Below are positions 13,518 through 27,522 of a stretch of DNA of 64,000 nt, piece after piece (the first letter of the stretch is position 1; every line of letters begins with the position of its first letter). Source of the stretch: Phoronis australis (lineage: Eukaryota; Animalia; Phoronida). The stretch spans positions 533,203 through 597,202 of the forward strand of contig NMRA01000206.1 in NCBI GenBank assembly GCA_002633005.1, in the 5' to 3' direction. A model generated the notes under the pieces. The model ran no database searches and was not told the origin of the DNA. It saw only the letters and a list, made by a program, of their open reading frames with translations. The position numbers and the translations under genes were made by a program.

Positions 13518-14482
13518 TTAACGTAGACACCAATAGGAACAATTGAGTGAAACATTACGCCAGAAAATAAATTTACTTAGTGCCATCTTTTCGTACCATT
13601 AGTAGTAGGAGGAACGTTGTAGCAAAATGTGGCAAATATGAGCACCTGTTGCCCAGTCTATGCAGGTGGATACTCGACTACCAGTTTCTTTAATCATGCA
13701 AATCCAACAGAATAATTACTCAGAGGCACAAAAAGGTGCTCCGTTGGCCTAATCGCTCGCTAGACAGGTCTCCTGTATGTGCTGCCGCGTCTCGGCTTGG
13801 CAGGCAGACGGCCGTGATTTTCCCATAACCCTCTGTACGTTACCGTTTGACCTTGGGTCATTGAGTGTAATGACATTCAGTCATCAATTTCGTTGACAGA
13901 ACGAAGGAATATTCGAAGAAATTCATGTGGTTGCAGGCGTATTAATACGAGCTGGAAGGTCTTAAAGACTTCAAGTGCCCATCTACACTCAAAGAGAATA
14001 TGTAGTAATGTATCTTTAATAGCTAATTGCCAGAGAAAATCTTCCCCGGTAAAGGCTTGATTAGGATGTATTGTCGTTTAGTGGCTTGCAAGACATCTGA
14101 TTCGCGAAATCTTGGTTTAAGGAGCGTAAATAGCGAGTTTTCGCGTTAATTCAACATGCCTGCCTCTCCCGTCACCCCAGTGGCGGCTATCAGGCTTGCT
14201 GACGTGTGCCAATAAGGTCATGAGCGTACGCGCAATACCGTTTCATTAACGAATAAAAACTATAGCCTCGAGGTGCGTTATGCAGACGCAGCAATCTTCC
14301 AAAATGCAAGATTACAAAAAGCAACAAAAAGTCAGGCAAGGGAAAGGAATTAGTGTTTCGCGAGTATACTCGGTATTTTTTAAAATACTAGAGCACTGAT
14401 CCCACTTGTTTCGCGAGTGTCTTGGATAACCGGAATGCTGCAGTGCTATGCGACGAGGGAAGTATGACGAAATGCACTCTAC

Positions 14483-14670
14483 CTGGTAGTACAGCACGTC
14501 CTTCGCCGCGTGACATTTGACAAGAAAATCCAAGGACCACTTTACGGAATCTAACATCTCAGTTAAGAGACCGGCAGTTTCATAAGCGTCTTTAAAGTAG
14601 AGCATACCGGCCAAAAGTACCGTGGTGCTGGCTGCCGTTGGGTAGACAAACTTCATGTTGTTGCTGCCCT
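14483..14670 (-). CDS. GH9-like gene A, exon 3
   Basis: ttgcag|...|gtag, 188 nt, phase 1-0. EGSNNMKFVYPTAASTTVL...DSVKWSLDFLVKCH...LYYQ. Confidence 0.92.
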
Positions 14671-15154
14671 CTGCAATCAAGTACGAAAGACTTTATGTGC
14701 TACAGAGACAACAAATCAGCTATGCAACAGATATATTGATCATCAAATGTTTTCCCAATTCCATTGCGGAGAAGTTTTATGCTATCTAAGGCTTGTTTCA
14801 TGAAAGTTTCTTATGCCTTGACGTGGAACGAAATCGGGCTGAAAACGGAAACGTTAGCCTCGAATGAAATTTCTTAAAGTCTTTGTCTCACGCGTTGTTA
14901 ACCCTTATTACATGGTTAGAAGATGTTATAAGGATCCAAGAAGTACCTACCCCATAACTAATACACGATCCGTACTCGAAAACAGTTTAAATGAACGCGC
15001 CACTCATGATTCGCACCCGAAGAAACACCGCCATTTTGAACTTGCCGCGAACCCGGAAGTACAATTCATTCAGGAACCCAGGCAGAGAAAACGCCGTCAG
15101 TGCGACTGGAGCAGTGCCTGTACTGTTACCAGCCAGCAAACGGGGATAAAAAAA

Positions 15155-15497
15155 NNNNNNNNNNNNNNNNNNNNNNNNNNNNNNNNNNNNNNNNNNNNNN
15201 NNNNNNNNNNNNNNNNNNNNNNNNNNNNNNNNNNNNNNNNNNNNNNNNNNNNNNNNNNNNNNNNNNNNNNNNNNNNNNNNNNNNNNNNNNNNNNNNNNNN
15301 NNNNNNNNNNNNNNNNNNNNNNNNNNNNNNNNNNNNNNNNNNNNNNNNNNNNNNNNNNNNNNNNNNNNNNNNNNNNNNNNNNNNNNNNNNNNNNNNNNNN
15401 NNNNNNNNNNNNNNNNNNNNNNNNNNNNNNNNNNNNNNNNNNNNNNNNNNNNNNNNNNNNNNNNNNNNNNNNNNNNNNNNNNNNNNNNNNNNNNNNN
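15155..15497. other. Assembly gap
   Basis: N run. Confidence 1.
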
Positions 15498-18311
15498 ACT
15501 GCGAGGCTGAAATTTGGTGAACACTGTTGAATCGTGCAGAATAGTAAGTAAAGATATGTCTAACTAAATTTCACCGTAATTTGTTGGCGAAAACAATTTA
15601 CACAAAGTTTTAAACTCGTAACTTATCCCGCTGTCCTCCAATATGGCCGACGCGATCCAAACAAAGTGACCCAAATTTCGCCACAAAACTTGCAATAACT
15701 TTACACTGCTTGCCCCGATTTTGATACTTTTTCGATTTTTACTGAGTAGAATGTACTACCTTTCCGATGATAGTAAAGTACTTTTTCAAAACGAGGAAAA
15801 AAATAAAACCGAAAAAAAAATTGGTTCGACCCATATTGGTTCCTAGGTTCGACCGGCCTACGTAAGGAACTAAACACCAATGCTATTTTAACATACTAAG
15901 TACGCGCAACATTCCAAAAAAAATCAACGACCACTAACTACAAACTATAAATACACTACATATGCAAACGAATCACGATATGTTACTAATAAAACAAAAT
16001 AATGAAGACTTTTCGAGCAAGCCATAGCACATTCAGTTACAAGGAAAAATGGCAGCGTTCAGGACAAGTTCCTGAACTGATGAGCCGGAAATGTGGGTAC
16101 GGAAATAACCGATGACAACCGGTAATCATACGCTCAGAGAGAAGGGTCAAATACTGTTAAAAAACCGCTTTTGGCAAGAAAGGCGAAAAGAATATAAAGA
16201 AAGGGTGTCGAAAATAAGAATTTATGTAGTAAGTATTTTCGGATACTAGAACCACATGGGCAGTTTGCAACAAGGACTTTAAGACCAAAATTAAAGAACG
16301 AATTCTGTCTAAGTTAAGAAATGGAAAGTTAGCCAGCTACGGAGTAGGCTTCAGATTAGTCTTTTGGTGTAAATGGCCAAATTTAGGACTATTATCACTC
16401 TAAATTGTTGAGAAACAAATTCCGTTGATATTCTCACAATCTAATGTCCCAAAAATAACAATTTTAAAATTATCTGCTTTCGAACTCGGATTTTGGTCTT
16501 CGGTCTTTACTGAGGCAGAAAATAATTGGTTTTTGACATAGGTGAGTATACAAGCTACGCTTTTGTCACCTGTAGCGAATTCACAAAACTAAGCGAGGCG
16601 ATGTGTGAAGTACATGTAAGGTTTCACGAATAATCTTGGCCTTGAAATTTTAAAGGGAAATGTATTTACATTTAGTATACAGTGAAGTCTCGTTTATTTG
16701 AGAAGACCCTGCTATGACTGAAGAATATGAGGCGGTCTTCAATTCGATATTGTTAAGGGATATCAGTTTGTAAAAGATGGTGAAACGTATCAAAGAAATT
16801 AGACAAAGAAATTGTGTCGAGTTATGTAGTCGTGTCTAAGGCGATGAAGGTTAGCGACGTTCTCCTGGGACGTTCTGTCAACGCCTTAATCTGTTGGTTG
16901 GTTGATCCAAAAATGTTTTTTAATGTTGTGTGTTCATACATTTTGATTTTTTCATAACGTTATATCGTCTATGAAAAGAAGAAAAATAGACAAAATATTT
17001 GTAATTTTAATCGTTGTTGACGTCAGGGTTGAAATTTTTGCTCAAGCCCAAGGGGAGGGGTGCGCTTCACATGCCAACAAAATATTCATCAGATAATTAT
17101 TTGATAGGCATCACGATATACAGTTCCTAAAAATACCACTGATGTATTTTTGAGAAAGAAGAAGGCCATTGGATTTAATAATTGCATCCTCCATCAGTTT
17201 TACATATTACAAGCTCTCACCATAACATCTCACTATATCCAAGACGTCTGTAAAAAAGATTTACTTTTCTGTAAAGGATGTCCCACCTGCAAATGTTTGA
17301 ATGCCGCCATATACATGGCACTGTTTATTTCTTTTCGCATATGTTCATTCCACTTATTGCCCGATGATGAGACATGCAGTCTCGGAATACAGCTATTGTT
17401 TTAATTTGCTTGTTTATCATGTCTCTCGGTGTTTTGCTACGTAGTTGCACTCTTGAAGAAATGAGATTGTTTCGACACTACGAGCGACTCTGTATCAAGC
17501 TGTCAAATAAAAAGTTTAGTTGTGTTTTCAACGAAGGAGTTATACAAGAGGCCATTTTTTACTTTCACGCCACTTGCATGGGAATTATCTAACAAAGGCA
17601 ACTAATTCAGAAAATTCATATCATCAATGGCAAAAATTGGTTGATGCAGTCAGGATTCTTTTCATGTGGCCGCTTGAGCAGACATTGCCAACAGTTCCTT
17701 AGGCTAAAACGTATTGTCGATAAAGTAACTACACAATTCAAGCCTGTTGATTGGTATAAGGTGTATGTTTCCTGCTAACACGTTACACTCTGATATAATG
17801 AATCTTAGGGATTGATTGACCTGAGTTACACTATTTTAGACATGGTGACCTCGCTGCATGAGTATAATCTCATTTTGTAATTTGTTGAGGAACGAAAGTC
17901 GCCTCCCCCGGAACCTCCACACTCACCACTTTCAATCATACCCGGCGTGCTACTGCCCCATCACTACTAATTTGAAGTGAATGCTGTTAACAGACTACAC
18001 AGAAAAATCGCGTAAGTTTATCAGAGGGGGAAACGACGCGTCCAACCTCCCCCCCTCCCCGAGCCCCTTACTTGGGATTCCAGTTGCCCCAAACGGAAAC
18101 CCTCCCAATTTAAAAAAGCCTCATATGTAACTAACGGTGAAAAATGTAATAGCTATACCTAACTTGTCGCAATAGTCTCGCAAAGTTGACGGATTTTTAT
18201 TGAAATGATTGTCGAAAAAGCCATCTCGCCAAGATCAGCATAAAAACAAGAAGGAGAGTTGTGTCAGAAAAATCAAAAGTGACTTAGTGCATATCAAGGG
18301 GTAGACCAAGC

Positions 18312-18471
18312 CACAGGCGGATCCAGGATTTTAAGTTAGGGGGGGGGAGGGCAGAGTATTATCCAGGATTTTGCCCGTCAGACATTCGCACCCCCGAACT
18401 GCCAAATGGAATCTGGGAGAATTTTTTGGGGGGCATGGCCCCCTTGCCTCCCCCCTCTAAATCCGGCACTG
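18312..18471. mobile_element. G-rich MITE with 5-bp target-site duplication
   Basis: caagc|cacaggcggatcc ... atccggcactg|caagc. Relatives at 35929-36081, 38043-38183, about 360-430 and 26566-26604. Confidence 0.78.
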
Positions 18472-18687
18472 CAAGCCCTCGCAAAGTTTCAGGAAAATTT
18501 GTGACGGTAGATGCAGAACCACCCGTAGGTGCTTTCATAAATTGTTAAATGGGATTTCGCCTGCTAGGAAGTTCAACCATACAGGTTGCTGGCGAACTGA
18601 CGCGCCTTAGCAAGATATCGCCAAGTGCACAGGCATAGTAAATGGTCACAGTGATTTCACACACGAGTGTTTGCGTGTTGTGAACTA

Positions 18688-18906
<219 letters not shown>

Positions 18907-19637
18907 TTAAAACAGATCTGAATGGTGTATTGTCGATCAGTGGGTTATATATTGCTGGGTATAACGCGAGGTGGGCCAGCCTCCCGTTTCTAAGTTACGT
19001 GATGCCGTTAGCAAGGCAATTACGAGTCAGACAGGAGCTGGCCTTAAAACTGGAGAGTCTAATTTATACCTGCTTTGTGAAAAAAGCTATAGTTTGTATT
19101 CACCCCTCCGCAATTGACTTGAGATTAACTCTTTGAGAAAACTTAAGATTTGTCTCCAATATAATATTGACGAAATTATTTTATTACAATATATATACAG
19201 TAGCTGAGCAATTTTTTAAAGTGTTGTAATTTAAGGACCTCAGCGGTTAAGAAATGTCATTTCATCGGGACTTCCCGTTTCACAGAATAGCGGATGTCGA
19301 ACAGCTCCACTGATTTAATTTTCGTTATCCTCAGAAAACACCGCGTCGTGAAATACTGCACGTTACTTTTGTTTTCTTATGGTGATACTTTAAGCGGACT
19401 GGAGCTCATTGGTGCTATTTTGCTTAAATATTGTCCAGATGATTCTTCTTTAATCTTACTTTGAAGTTGACCATTTTCGACTCTGCAAAGCCGCGCTCAA
19501 TACAACTTCGAAATTCTTAAAGAGACGAGATTTTAAAAAAAATCTCCGAAGTCATTCGAAACGAAAAATCTCAATTCTTAAAACCTTTTGGTCTAAAACG
19601 AGGATTGCAATTTGCAAATTACAATTGGCAATGCTAC

Positions 19638-19950
19638 CTTCCGAAGGTGGCTGATATAAATCCCATTCGGGATCGTCGACTGGTTCTTCCTTGTTTGTTT
19701 TCATCGCACATTCTAGAGGGTGGCTTAAACAAAGATACTGTGCCACGTTGAAACTGAACGAGTGACAATCTGCGTCACGCAAGCAGCCGCTCGCGCACTC
19801 CATTGGCGTGTAAGCCGGGAGAATAGTCGCTTTCCCGTTAACAGACTTTCTTTTACCGACCGTTTTGAAATATTTTGCAGACTTATAACTGTCATTGCCA
19901 AGAACAAGAAAAGCTATAGACAAAACCGTAATAGCTTGAAGAAACCGCAT
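19638..19950 (-). CDS. GH9-like gene A, coding exon 1: signal peptide + PAN/apple-like domain
   Basis: MRFLQAITVLSIAFLVLG hydrophobic leader, then ECASGCLRDADCHSFSFNVAQYLC PAN-type Cys pattern and DDPEWDLYQ. Ends GAA G|GTAG (phase 1). Homologous to 62420-62741. Confidence 0.8.
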
Positions 19951-22900
19951 CTTTGTTACATCTGTCAGCATATAACAAATCTAAACGTCTTTCTCAAGAT
20001 TATTCATTTATATATTGACATTCTCATTGGAAACACGACCAGAAGGGCTGGTGCTTAATTATTCCGACATTAGAGTATTACAATATTTGGCTGGTACCAA
20101 TCAAGTAATGGCAATCCTACGGCGTTGTTGTATGCGGGAAGGTCGATATGCAACTGTTGTATTTGTGGGGCGTTTTTCATTGATTTCAAGCTTTCTGAAC
20201 ATTACGTTATTAGAGTTTCGGTTAGGAGCCAACCCTGTGGTGTGCAATTTTTATTCATCAATTATCTGCCACTTATGATCTTCATGTTACTTCTATTCTC
20301 GTTCTCCGTCATCGTAACGTTGTCGCTCTTGTTATTTGCAATATTTGTGCACTGGCTCAAGGTTTACAGAAAGACTTCATTATTGTCATTGGCAGATTTG
20401 TCTTCATTATCGCCTTCATCATCATCGTTGTTATTAACGTCATAATCATCACCACCATCATCACTATCATCGTCATCGCCGTCGTCATCGAAGTCCCGTC
20501 GCCCATAATCCTAATCATCAACAATCTCGTCATCTTCAGGGTCATAGTCGTCATCATCATCGCAATTCATACTCGTGTAATTTTGCTTGGTCATGTTTTT
20601 CACACGATTCTTGCGTCTACGTATAACAACCTGGTAATGTTCCGAAATAAACATCACATATGATATCTCAACCTTTTTTATTTCGTCTTACATGAAATAG
20701 AATAAAAGGAAGCAAGATGGCGTACAAAGAGTTAGTGAAATATGCGTTGTGTGATAAAGTGTATGAAGGGGGCGCTCTGTGTTCCTACAAAGCCGAAGCA
20801 AGCTGCCTGCATGATGGCTTGTGTTGCAAATGATTGCAAGGTATGGGATACATTAGTTTTTGAACTTATAGGTCTACCAGTGTGAGTGCGCCTGCAGACG
20901 TTAGATTGGAATCAATTAATTGTGTATCATTATTCAAACGTAGCGAACCCCAATACCCCTTTTCACGAAAAATCGGCATACACGACAAGCGAAGCCACGT
21001 GATCACATTAGCTTTACTGAGTCGCGGGAATGTGCGTCGATGAAACGCGTCCCCGGCTGATGTGTTACCGTTGACAAAGTAGGCCTACTACTGCACCAAT
21101 ACATGTATCTGCAAAGGAATATAGCTTAATAGATTGCTGTGTTATAAAAGAACGATTTTTCTAAAAGTGACGTCAGAGCAAGCATGTGTCAAGTGTTGAC
21201 TGTGGGTTTGTTTAAAAGTTAGGTTTGCTTTGAGAGCGTAGATGTGGTGAGAACGATTTAATCTAGTAATTAATTTATTATATGATAACCACTGATTAAG
21301 ACAAGTGAAACCTGTGAATTAAATAAATTAACTAACAATGAGGAAGAGTAACTACGCTAGCGCCCTCTGTAAGGATTACTTCAATCAATTGACTATAAAT
21401 AATAACGTTTTAATATCTGATTCAAGTTGTAGGACTCGACACTTGTTGGATGACGGTCCTGTTGGTGAATCGTCGAACTAACACACGCTGTATTGCGATA
21501 GTGCACTTGTTGGTCACAGTACTTCATGACGCAACACTTGCAGGCAATATCTTCTACTCACGATTCCTCTTGCTGGTCTCTCTCTTTTGTGACGCAACTC
21601 TAGGCAGTATCCAACTACCCACCATGCAAGTGACAAGCTCTTAGTTAACTTCCTGTTCGCCCTTGCCTAGATCCTCTTTGGAACCTTCCACGAGGTGGCT
21701 CTGTTGTACTGTTTCTTCAGTACACTGAGGCAAGTACTGTAGCTTCAACTACCGAATTCTATCTGAGTATTTTGCAAATTTCAGCCACATTATAATAATA
21801 TATTTATTTAACATTTGGCTAATAAAAACCACGTGATCTTGTCCAATTATATGGCTGTTATGATTTGCTTCAGGGCCCCTCCAAAATTTTTCAGGCGTCT
21901 GGATTAAACCGTGGCAACCGACATAGGCGTGGTGCCGGGGACAGTCGAGAAAAAAAAGATTGTGAAAAACGGATAAATTAGAGAGAAAATTCAAGAGAAC
22001 ATTTTAAAAATCTACATCTGTGCATGGTTTACCTTTTGAGGACCCTGGCCAGGACACTATCGTTAGGGTCTTCGCTTTTGCAGCACAGGTCGTCTAAACT
22101 TACACATTTATTTCGAAAAATCGAGAAAAATTGTAAAGCGGAACTTTTGCGGAGCGTACTAATTTACTGGATGTTTAAATTCAATAAGTCAATTTTGCGA
22201 ATGCAAAACTGCATTTTTCCAGATGCCCCTCTCTGGCAAGGGATAACGGAGACAACTTTCGCTTTAGTTTTTTCTCGAAACTGTATATTCACTTGAGAAA
22301 AATTGATGCCTGAAAGATAATATCAATTGCTGTGCATTTCCTGATATTTGAAAATATAGATATTTTCAAATTTAGGAGCCCCGCCCTTGAAGGAGACTAT
22401 TGATGACATTCAAATGGCCACCTTTTTGTGTTTTTATTGACACATTTTTACAGGGCCGCTCACGGAGAGAGAGCCCAATGTTGGAATCGATTACCTCTAT
22501 TTTCCTGTTTTTTTTTATGAAATCGTGCTTTCATGTTGAAGGAGGTCACTCTCTGCATCGTTTTGTGACCACACGACGATGGAATGAACTGTCACTTTTT
22601 TCCAAGCTTGACACAGTGTAAAAGACGTTTCTATTTTGTTGCATACATCACGTTTTGTCTCTTATAGTTGCTAAACCTAACTAGAAACATTAGAACGTTC
22701 TAGAAACAATGTGTAGTTAGTTGTTGGAACAAGAGGGTGGACTACGTATATCAAACTTGACAAATATCCGTGGAGTTGGCACATTGAATTTTGGAATTAA
22801 ATGTTGAATGACGTATATATGAACATGGATTGTGTCTATGCAATATTGCCACAAGTCAAACTTTAATAATTCTGCTAAAACTAATGATTGCCTAAAGGTA

Positions 22901-23089
22901 TTTCAATAAACACAATAAACATTCATTGACCGGCCTTGGTGCATTACAAGCTTCAAGAAGTAACACATCAAATCCAAATAGAAAAGAATATTCTATAAAG
23001 AGTTCGTCTCACCCACTTGTTAGACGAAGTACAGGCTCTAGTTCCTATTTTTGGTTACACTAATTGCCGTAGCTCGCTACATAAATATA

Positions 23090-23300
23090 GACAATCTAAA
23101 TCCGTGGTCATGACCATAAATATAGAATAGCGTGCTAGACATTCTAAATCCATGGCCATAACCATAATATAGAATAGCGCATGTATGTAAATCCGACACT
23201 GCCATGTATTCACGTGGCATTCTAAATTCATGGCCATAACCATAATATAGAATAGCGCACTAACAACTGTATGTAAATCCGACACTGCCATGTATTCACG
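23090..23300. repeat. Short imperfect tandem duplications
   Basis: tctaaat..atggccataaccataatatagaatagcgc and tgtatgtaaatccgacactgccatgtattcacg recur. Confidence 0.85.
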
Positions 23301-23979
23301 AGGGAAGTTGAGATTCCAAATTCATCATAAAAAACAAAAGAAACACACAAAACATTCTTGCACAACACAGTCATTCGACCCAAACAACCAAAATTTTGAA
23401 AAAATACAGTAGGATTGCCACCATCGAAAGGGTGGAATTTTGAATAACGTGAAGACCACTACTTGTGAATTACACAAAAGGACTATTTCCGATGGTTAGT
23501 TATAAACTAAATGTTACTGTTTCCCGTAGTATCACAAGAATAGTATCTCTTTTGAAGATGGTTACTATGAGTTGTTTGTAACGAATTCCCAAGTATGGAA
23601 AACACTGCTGTCTATCATACTATTTGTAATGACCGTGTAAATGTCGAAAGGGACACTCAAAGAACTCTCACAATCATAAACAAAGATTTCAACGTTTTAT
23701 TTTTGTCAGTGGAGTTCAAATTTACATCATGAACTGTGATAGGTACCTCTGAAAATACACCTTAATACAAATACCTCATCTCCCACATTCTCCCGGTTAC
23801 CCGTCAAGAGTCTGGTAGCATGTATGCGGAAATTGCGCATAACATTCCTGTTTGAAAAACAAATTCGTTGGTTTCTGATTTACTTGTTTATGTATTTACG
23901 AATATTGATAGATTCATAGATGATTTTTGACAATTAGAAGCTAGTTTTTTAAGAATTGGTGATAATTCAGGGAATTTAA

Positions 23980-25633
23980 AGGAGCATGCCACCAAAAAAC
24001 AATCTAATTTGTATACTTTTAGATCGAGTACTTCTACTCCATAACGACATGTACGGCTGCGTTACCTGACGGCAGACGGAGGTGTTGAATTTATCCAATG
24101 ACGTCATCGGTTTCACACGCAGTCTGTTCAGCAGTTCACAACACGGGTTACTGGTGTCAGTTTATCGCTTGAAGTCATCGTTTAACACCAATAAATCATC
24201 AAACTTCGATGTAGAACCCTTGAAAATACACCGAGTTCTTACAAAAACGTGTTGTTTTATTTTGCTGTTACGGATTAACTGGTATTTGGACACACAATAG
24301 CCTACAAAGTTCGGCAGGCCAATAAGGTCAGTAGCAGGAGTTTGGGGTCTGTTTGGAGATAATTTCGAAGTATTTTTCGTGAGATACAGACAGGAGAACC
24401 TAGATCTGTGTTGTTTAGACTTGTGATTTTTTGAATTCTAAACACAAAACGCTTGTTATCTTAGCCAGTGGCTCAGAGCCCAATCAGGCCCGACGCGGCC
24501 GGCCTGATTGACTCCGCCGTTATCCAGGACAGTGGCTCGAAAACTAATCAAAAATCACGAACATAAACCAGCCAAAGTTCAGTGGAAACTAAACTTCCAG
24601 TCAAGAAAATACTACACCAGTGAGCCAAAGTAATGTGCACGTAATTATGTTGGCGAATTAGCCACGAAACTGCAAATCTATTTTCTCGTCGGGGGCCGCG
24701 AATTCAGCTTCCGCTTTGGCCACAGCACCGTCAGGGCAGAAGTTGTACATTGACAATCATTATTTGAGTAATGTAAATGTAAATAAAGATTCCCCAAACA
24801 CCTAGCCGTGGGATGGAAATCGAGTTGTTTCACAACAGTTTCTGCCAGCAAACACTAAATTAGCATGAGCTCACACGGCCTCGGTGTACCGTCAATTAGT
24901 TTTATTGCACCTAAAGCCGGTAACGCAGTGATTTATTCATTGCTGGCTTCTCAAATCATTTGCACTCACGAACACTCCAAAGGGATTACAAATTGCATCT
25001 AATGAGACAGACTTTAATTCAGTTTTATATAAGTATTGGTTAGGGTGAGAATAATTCGTTTTGAAACAGAACGCTCAGTAATAAACGCCAACATGGCAAC
25101 CGTCGCAATCCCGACTTAGCTAGACCTCATCAGTCCCGACTTCGCAAGTGGATCGTTAAGTTTTACAGGCTATCAATTCGAACAGGAATACAGCGATGAA
25201 GAAATACTAGAGAGGCGCCGTGAACAAGCTCAGACAACGGAACGAATGGAGTTATTTTGGTAAGCCGGCATTCGTCAGGCACTGTCGACGTCTTCAGGCC
25301 ACAGACACGGAGATGTTTCACGGCCTCATACTTGCTACTTACAGCGTACATTTCATTCTTCACTTCCATGAGCCACTTCCTAAGCATTTCGGACTCTCGA
25401 GGAAGTAAAAAAAACGATATACCCGCTTTCCTAGCAGCTGCTTAGTTCGGACAAGCGGGAACGACGCACCGCAACATAGCGGCATTCACTCTGCATATAA
25501 ACCACTGACGTCGCTGCGTCATTTCTCACCTTCCTCACAGGTTAACGCGACACCTCGTGGCAAGGTAAGGTCGACTGTATGCGAGGCGATGTGGACGGCA
25601 AAGAAGACTAATTAAATCGGTTGACATTCTCCT
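23980..25633 (-). mobile_element. Kolobok-like non-autonomous DNA transposon with decayed THAP domain
   Basis: ttaa|aggagcatgccacc ... ggttgacattctcct|ttaa (TIR plus TTAA target). THAP remnant LRKW...HLRVC at about 25160-25486. Confidence 0.82.
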
Positions 25634-25739
25634 TTAATTGCTGCCTGAAGTTGGAAAAACTCTACAATCCGATTCCAAAATAGTAAAGTACACTTAGACG
25701 ATTTTTGCATAATAGCTCTCAAAGACATTGATGAAATTC

Positions 25740-25742
<3 letters not shown>

Positions 25743-25831
<89 letters not shown>
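25743..25831. repeat. (CA)n microsatellite
   Basis: Direct read. Confidence 0.97.
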
Positions 25832-25833
<2 letters not shown>

Positions 25834-26604
25834 TAGATAGAAAAAACGTTTTAGAAATCCTAAAATAAATAAAATTAAACTCATTTCTTGGAAAGGTTGT
25901 CTTCACAGTTTCTTGGTGTTTTTAGTTTCCAGTAGTACTGAGTAATGGATTTTTGTTCATCAAAACTGAATTGATTGCTTTCCCTGATTCGCATGCACCT
26001 CATGACTGACGTATCCACGTTAAAAATAAGATGTAACCATGCAGTGGGCCGCGCAGACCCTCAGTGATAACTACAAGAACTGAATTTGAACTGCAGGCGT
26101 TCAGGAAGTGTATACATGTTTGGGACGCACTATCCTTTTCCCCAGCCACCAGAAAGTGAAGTACCCGTCCTGTTTCAACAAGGGATGTTGAAGCAGCCCC
26201 AAAGGCACTATACCAGGGACTCCGGGGCCTCACCTTTTCAAAAAAAAACTTTAAAAATTGACCATAATAAAATAAACTTTTCCCGAAGCTGGATAAACAA
26301 AACGAATCTTGACCTTAGAATGGCCACCAGACGCCGGGCAGGTACGAGCTAAGCTGCCTGTCTCAAGTGAATCATAGTATAGCTGACCAGCAACTAGCTT
26401 TAGTTCATCGAGAATTTCGTATTTTTACACTGTTAGATCTCAGCTATAGCTACTTGAGGCAGCTCCTCGCTATAGGTCAGTGTACTGGTCTTAGGCCCAT
26501 TTTTTCTCTCTCCGTGTTGGTTAACGGTTATTTAACTCTTAATGGCTGGATCCCCGGGATTGTCTCAGAGGCGGGATCCAGGATTTTGAGCTGGGAGGGG
26601 GGGG

Positions 26605-27522
26605 NNNNNNNNNNNNNNNNNNNNNNNNNNNNNNNNNNNNNNNNNNNNNNNNNNNNNNNNNNNNNNNNNNNNNNNNNNNNNNNNNNNNNNNNNNNNNNNN
26701 NNNNNNNNNNNNNNNNNNNNNNNNNNNNNNNNNNNNNNNNNNNNNNNNNNNNNNNNNNNNNNNNNNNNNNNNNNNNNNNNNNNNNNNNNNNNNNNNNNNN
26801 NNNNNNNNNNNNNNNNNNNNNNNNNNNNNNNNNNNNNNNNNNNNNNNNNNNNNNNNNNNNNNNNNNNNNNNNNNNNNNNNNNNNNNNNNNNNNNNNNNNN
26901 NNNNNNNNNNNNNNNNNNNNNNNNNNNNNNNNNNNNNNNNNNNNNNNNNNNNNNNNNNNNNNNNNNNNNNNNNNNNNNNNNNNNNNNNNNNNNNNNNNNN
27001 NNNNNNNNNNNNNNNNNNNNNNNNNNNNNNNNNNNNNNNNNNNNNNNNNNNNNNNNNNNNNNNNNNNNNNNNNNNNNNNNNNNNNNNNNNNNNNNNNNNN
27101 NNNNNNNNNNNNNNNNNNNNNNNNNNNNNNNNNNNNNNNNNNNNNNNNNNNNNNNNNNNNNNNNNNNNNNNNNNNNNNNNNNNNNNNNNNNNNNNNNNNN
27201 NNNNNNNNNNNNNNNNNNNNNNNNNNNNNNNNNNNNNNNNNNNNNNNNNNNNNNNNNNNNNNNNNNNNNNNNNNNNNNNNNNNNNNNNNNNNNNNNNNNN
27301 NNNNNNNNNNNNNNNNNNNNNNNNNNNNNNNNNNNNNNNNNNNNNNNNNNNNNNNNNNNNNNNNNNNNNNNNNNNNNNNNNNNNNNNNNNNNNNNNNNNN
27401 NNNNNNNNNNNNNNNNNNNNNNNNNNNNNNNNNNNNNNNNNNNNNNNNNNNNNNNNNNNNNNNNNNNNNNNNNNNNNNNNNNNNNNNNNNNNNNNNNNNN
27501 NNNNNNNNNNNNNNNNNNNNNN
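26605..27522. other. Assembly gap
   Basis: N run. Confidence 1.

Noticed and set aside
16078-16130. CTGATGA...GAAA hammerhead candidate
   Set aside because: Stem II does not close directly onto GAAA, and stems I and III are not convincing.
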